The position numbers and the translations under genes were made by a program. Of a stretch of 64,000 nucleotides of DNA, positions 63,967-64,000 are shown piece by piece (the first letter of the stretch is position 1; every line of letters begins with the position of its first letter). The notes beneath the pieces were generated by a model. The model was not told the origin of the DNA. It worked only from the letters and a program-made list of their open reading frames with translations, and searched no databases. Source of the stretch: an uncultured Methanoregulaceae archaeon (GTDB lineage Archaea > Halobacteriota > Methanomicrobia > Methanomicrobiales > Methanospirillaceae); contig OY970343.1 in NCBI GenBank assembly GCA_963717525.1, positions 544,001 through 608,000 on the forward strand, given 5' to 3'.

Positions 63967-64000
63967 ATGGAGGAAAAAACACTGGAACTCATGAAAAAAT
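63967..64000 (+). CDS. Start of a CDS running off the window (MEEKTLELMKK...)
   Basis: AGGTGAG SD followed by ATG. Confidence 0.55.
   Translation, partial: MEEKTLELMKK

Overview
Archaeal chromosomal window, most consistent with a Methanomicrobiales methanogen (Methanoregula-like, inferred from gene content and TATA/GGTGA signals). Many genes are split by single-base indels, which points to an unpolished long-read assembly. In order, the window holds: RNase Z (3' end); a RecJ-like DHH protein; a parA-mcp-cheW-mcp-cheR cluster of soluble PAS chemoreceptors; adenine deaminase; tpiA; a U32/RlhA-like Fe-S hydroxylase; aroD; an 8-gene aromatic amino acid operon (aroA' x2, aroB', tyrA, pheA, aroA, aroK-aroE fusion, aroC); an AT-rich orphan gene; flavoproteins; a glycogen cluster; two HisKA_2 two-component systems; and a stress island (SOD, Hsp20s, MerA-like reductase, degenerate PP2C, YbhB, GSP26-like). 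The strongest novel signal is an unannotated short ORF directly upstream of the aro operon ending in [20 protein letters not shown]. It sits with competing RNA hairpins, U-tracts and an anti-Shine-Dalgarno, making it a candidate Phe/Tyr leader-peptide attenuator in an archaeon. Two families of dispersed structured repeats are also present, one of them MITE-like with terminal inverted repeats. All annotation is by eye from motifs; no searches or folding computations were run.
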